Origin: Savitreella phatthalungensis
Lineage: Eukaryota
Length of the DNA stretch: 64,000 nucleotides
Direction: 5' to 3'
NCBI GenBank assembly: GCA_051599415.1
Contig: AP039690.1
Coordinates: 868,001 to 932,000, forward strand
The notes beneath the pieces are model-generated. The model was not told where the DNA came from. It ran no database searches and saw only the letters and a list, made by a program, of their open reading frames with translations. Positions 61,610 to 64,000 of this stretch are shown here, in pieces. A program made the translations under genes and the position numbers. Numbering within the stretch: position 1 is the stretch's first letter; each line of letters starts with the position of its first letter.

Positions 61610-62863
61610 ATGTCCGTCAGCAGCACGAGATTCCGCACAAGTGTCAGACGAGATGAGTTCATTGAATGGATTAAGAGCTTGCTTCTGACCCCGTTTGTGC
61701 TCCACGCTCACCTGCAACCGGCTGGCGACATTGACGAGCCGCGGGCGCGACGATATCAACGCAGTCTCGCGATTGCTGATGCTCGGAGACGGTATGCAAC
61801 CATATGGTTCGATATCGAAGCGGTCATCTCGGACCATCGAAGGCATCGACGTCAGCGCCTGCAGACTCCCTCAAAGCTGCAGATCTTGGTCCCAACAGTC
61901 GGTGACTTCTTTACTGATTTGCCACTGCGGGATGCTTTCCTGCTCGTGGATCAATATCGCTTCATTTCAGCTCGGCGCTTTGTATCTCCGTCTTTCAATG
62001 ACATCAGGCACGTCTTAGCCGTCGCACAGCTGCTGGCGCACGCACGATCAGGAGGGCTCAAGCTGGCGACATTCGATGGTGACGTGACTCTCTACGACCA
62101 TGGTCAAGGCATTGATCCGGATTCGCTCGTGCTGCCCTTGCTAATGGAGCTTTTGAAGCGCAACGTCGTCGTGTGCATTCTGACAGCGGCTGGCTACCCT
62201 GATGGTGTTCGCTACCGAGAGCGCTATCACGGCATGTTGGCTGCACTTCGACAATCAAATGTCCTCACAGATGTCCAGAAGCGCAACTTCTGTATAATGG
62301 GTGCAGAATGCAATTACCTCTTCCGATACTGCGGCGGCCCGTCAGAAATCGAGAGAATTCCCGAGAGCGAGTGGCATCTGCCGGAAATGCGCAAATGGAC
62401 CGAGGATGAGTGTACGAGAATGCTTGATGTCGCACAGCAGGTCATGGAGGAGTGCATCGTTCTTATGAAGTTGCCAGCAGAAATCATTAGGAAGCAGCGC
62501 AGTGTCGGAATGGTACCAACTGTCGAGCGGCTCTCGAGAGAGACGCTAGAGGAAGTCGTCATGGCTTGTCAACGTCAGCTCGCGTCGCAGTCCTTCGATG
62601 TCCCCTGGTGCGCCTTCAACGATTGTGATGTCTGGGCCGACGTCGGCGATAAAGCTATCGGAGCTCGGTGTTTGCAGAATTACTTGGGAGGCATTCCGCC
62701 GGAGGCAACAATTCACGTCGGTGACCAATTTTCGGCCGCTGCTGGCAATGACTTCCGCACGAGGACGGTTGGGACTACATTATGGGTCACAGGCCCCAGT
62801 GAAACCGTCGAATGGCTGCGTTTGTTCAGCGACATGGACGAAAACACAGGCAAAAAACTGTAG
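61610..62863 (+). CDS. ISN1: IMP-specific 5'-nucleotidase
   Basis: RRDEFIEWIK, RRFVSPSFNDIR, HAD motif TFDGDVTLY, TAAGY, HVGDQF..GNDF. The start (ATG 61610) is uncertain and a short upstream exon is possible. Confidence 0.93.
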   Translation: MSVSSTRFRTSVRRDEFIEWIKSLLLTPFVLHAHLQPAGDIDEPRARRYQRSLAIADARRRYATIWFDIEAVISDHRRHRRQRLQTPSKLQILVPTVGDFFTDLPLRDAFLLVDQYRFISARRFVSPSFNDIRHVLAVAQLLAHARSGGLKLATFDGDVTLYDHGQGIDPDSLVLPLLMELLKRNVVVCILTAAGYPDGVRYRERYHGMLAALRQSNVLTDVQKRNFCIMGAECNYLFRYCGGPSEIERIPESEWHLPEMRKWTEDECTRMLDVAQQVMEECIVLMKLPAEIIRKQRSVGMVPTVERLSRETLEEVVMACQRQLASQSFDVPWCAFNDCDVWADVGDKAIGARCLQNYLGGIPPEATIHVGDQFSAAAGNDFRTRTVGTTLWVTGPSETVEWLRLFSDMDENTGKKL

Positions 62864-62994
62864 ATTACATCGACGGTTAGTGGTCAACTGTGAATCAGTT
62901 GATCCATATCAGCAGTATTTCTTGTGCATCCTCGCTGAAACAAGACGACCGATAGCTGAAAAAGTGTATTATGTCGAAGCTCGTCATAGGTCTT

Positions 62995-63030
62995 GGTCAA
63001 AATAAAGGTCAAAATAAAGGTCAAGTACAA
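62995..63030. repeat. 12-bp tandem repeat (GGTCAAAATAAA), about 3 copies
   Basis: GGTCAAAATAAA GGTCAAAATAAA GGTCAAGTACAA. Confidence 0.8.
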
Positions 63031-63097
63031 TATATATTGGCATTGATCTTGCAGGCACGTCGGCAGCACGTCAGCCTCTCCGGTACAAAGCGAGAGG

Positions 63098-63985
63098 ATG
63101 TGCTTGCTTCTCCTGACGCAAGAGCATCCGGACTACAGTCTCATAATTCTCTCCAACCGTGACGAATATTTGGAGAGACCTACCAAAAAGCTTCATGAAT
63201 GGTCATCCAGCGGACTGTATGGCGGACAGGACATTGATCGCGGTGGAACATGGCTGATGCTGTCGGCTGTCGGTGAGATTGCAGCCTTGACGAATTACCG
63301 CGAGAACAGCGAGACTATAAGCACGAGATCGCGCGGCGAGCTTCCATTCCTCTTTACAAACCGGCCGCGACAGCAGTCTGCCGCGAGATGGCTCGAAAAC
63401 TTGGTTCAGCACCCGCACGAGCTCATTGCTTATGGTGGCTTCAGCTTACTATGTGGAACATTCTGGTCGCCCGATTGTGCGGAGCCAGATCTTTATGTGG
63501 TTTCAAATCGCGTGGCTGACAGAACGAGTTACATACGTCAGCTCGACCGCTCCTTCGGGCTGACCTGCGAACTCAGTAATGCCGATATCGCCGATCGCTG
63601 GCCGAAGTGCGACATGGGACGTGCAGCACTACATGCTTGCCTGCAGCAACCCCATCACAGGGACGACGATCTCGATGCACCGTCTGACGTATCTGCAGCT
63701 ACACGCGCTCTTGTCGCTGATCTCTTCGACGTTCTCTCCGTTGACACGCTTGCACGACCGGACGTACGGAGCATGTCTTCAAGTGTATTCATACCTCAAA
63801 TTCAGCTCCCGAGCGGGAAAGTGTATGGAACGCGTCAACAAACAGTCATCTTGATTGAAAGGCCTGTCGGAAAGTGTCCGCCCAAGGTCTCAATATGTGA
63901 GCGCACAATCGAGCGCGCTGATACTGCTGCTCTAAGGCCGCCGGTAGTGCAACATACGTGGCAGTCGTTTCGCTGTGAATCGTGA
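63098..63985 (+). CDS. TANGO2/NRDE-family protein
   Basis: N-terminal MC, SNRDEYLERPT, GGTWL, LTNYRE, SRGEL, YGTRQQTVIL. Confidence 0.95.
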   Translation: MCLLLLTQEHPDYSLIILSNRDEYLERPTKKLHEWSSSGLYGGQDIDRGGTWLMLSAVGEIAALTNYRENSETISTRSRGELPFLFTNRPRQQSAARWLENLVQHPHELIAYGGFSLLCGTFWSPDCAEPDLYVVSNRVADRTSYIRQLDRSFGLTCELSNADIADRWPKCDMGRAALHACLQQPHHRDDDLDAPSDVSAATRALVADLFDVLSVDTLARPDVRSMSSSVFIPQIQLPSGKVYGTRQQTVILIERPVGKCPPKVSICERTIERADTAALRPPVVQHTWQSFRCES

Positions 63986-64000
63986 ATAGCGAAGACCACG

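Noticed and set aside
62852..62863. ISN1 C-terminal -KKL as a peroxisomal signal
   Set aside because: Non-consensus first residue and no supporting context; Isn1 is normally cytosolic.

Overview
Gene-dense, nearly intron-free eukaryotic DNA from an ascomycete fungus. The compact layout and the Pac1/Vgl1/Coy1/Rxt2-type genes suggest Taphrinomycotina, but this is inference. I can support 29 protein-coding genes, and only one is clearly spliced (a secreted Egh16/GAS1-like protein with two GT-AG introns). No tRNA, rRNA, CRISPR array or intact transposon was recognised. Main points of interest: (1) a single 869-aa ORF joining an ATP-grasp-deleted succinyl-CoA ligase beta subunit, an internal mitochondrial-presequence-like linker, a complete alpha subunit and an AK3/Adk2-type adenylate kinase; (2) a head-to-head biotin-dependent acyl-CoA carboxylase pair (alpha subunit ends in the PTS1 -AKL, biotin motif RQMKM) directly upstream of biotin ligase BPL1, in a wider CoA-metabolism neighbourhood with an HIBCH-like hydrolase and ERT1/AcuK; (3) a ~1.4-kb non-coding interval (5740-7120) with many nested long-range helices and paired ends, a candidate long structured ncRNA such as telomerase RNA; (4) recurrent alternating purine-pyrimidine tracts in promoter regions. 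All product calls come from recognising motifs by eye, not from database searches.
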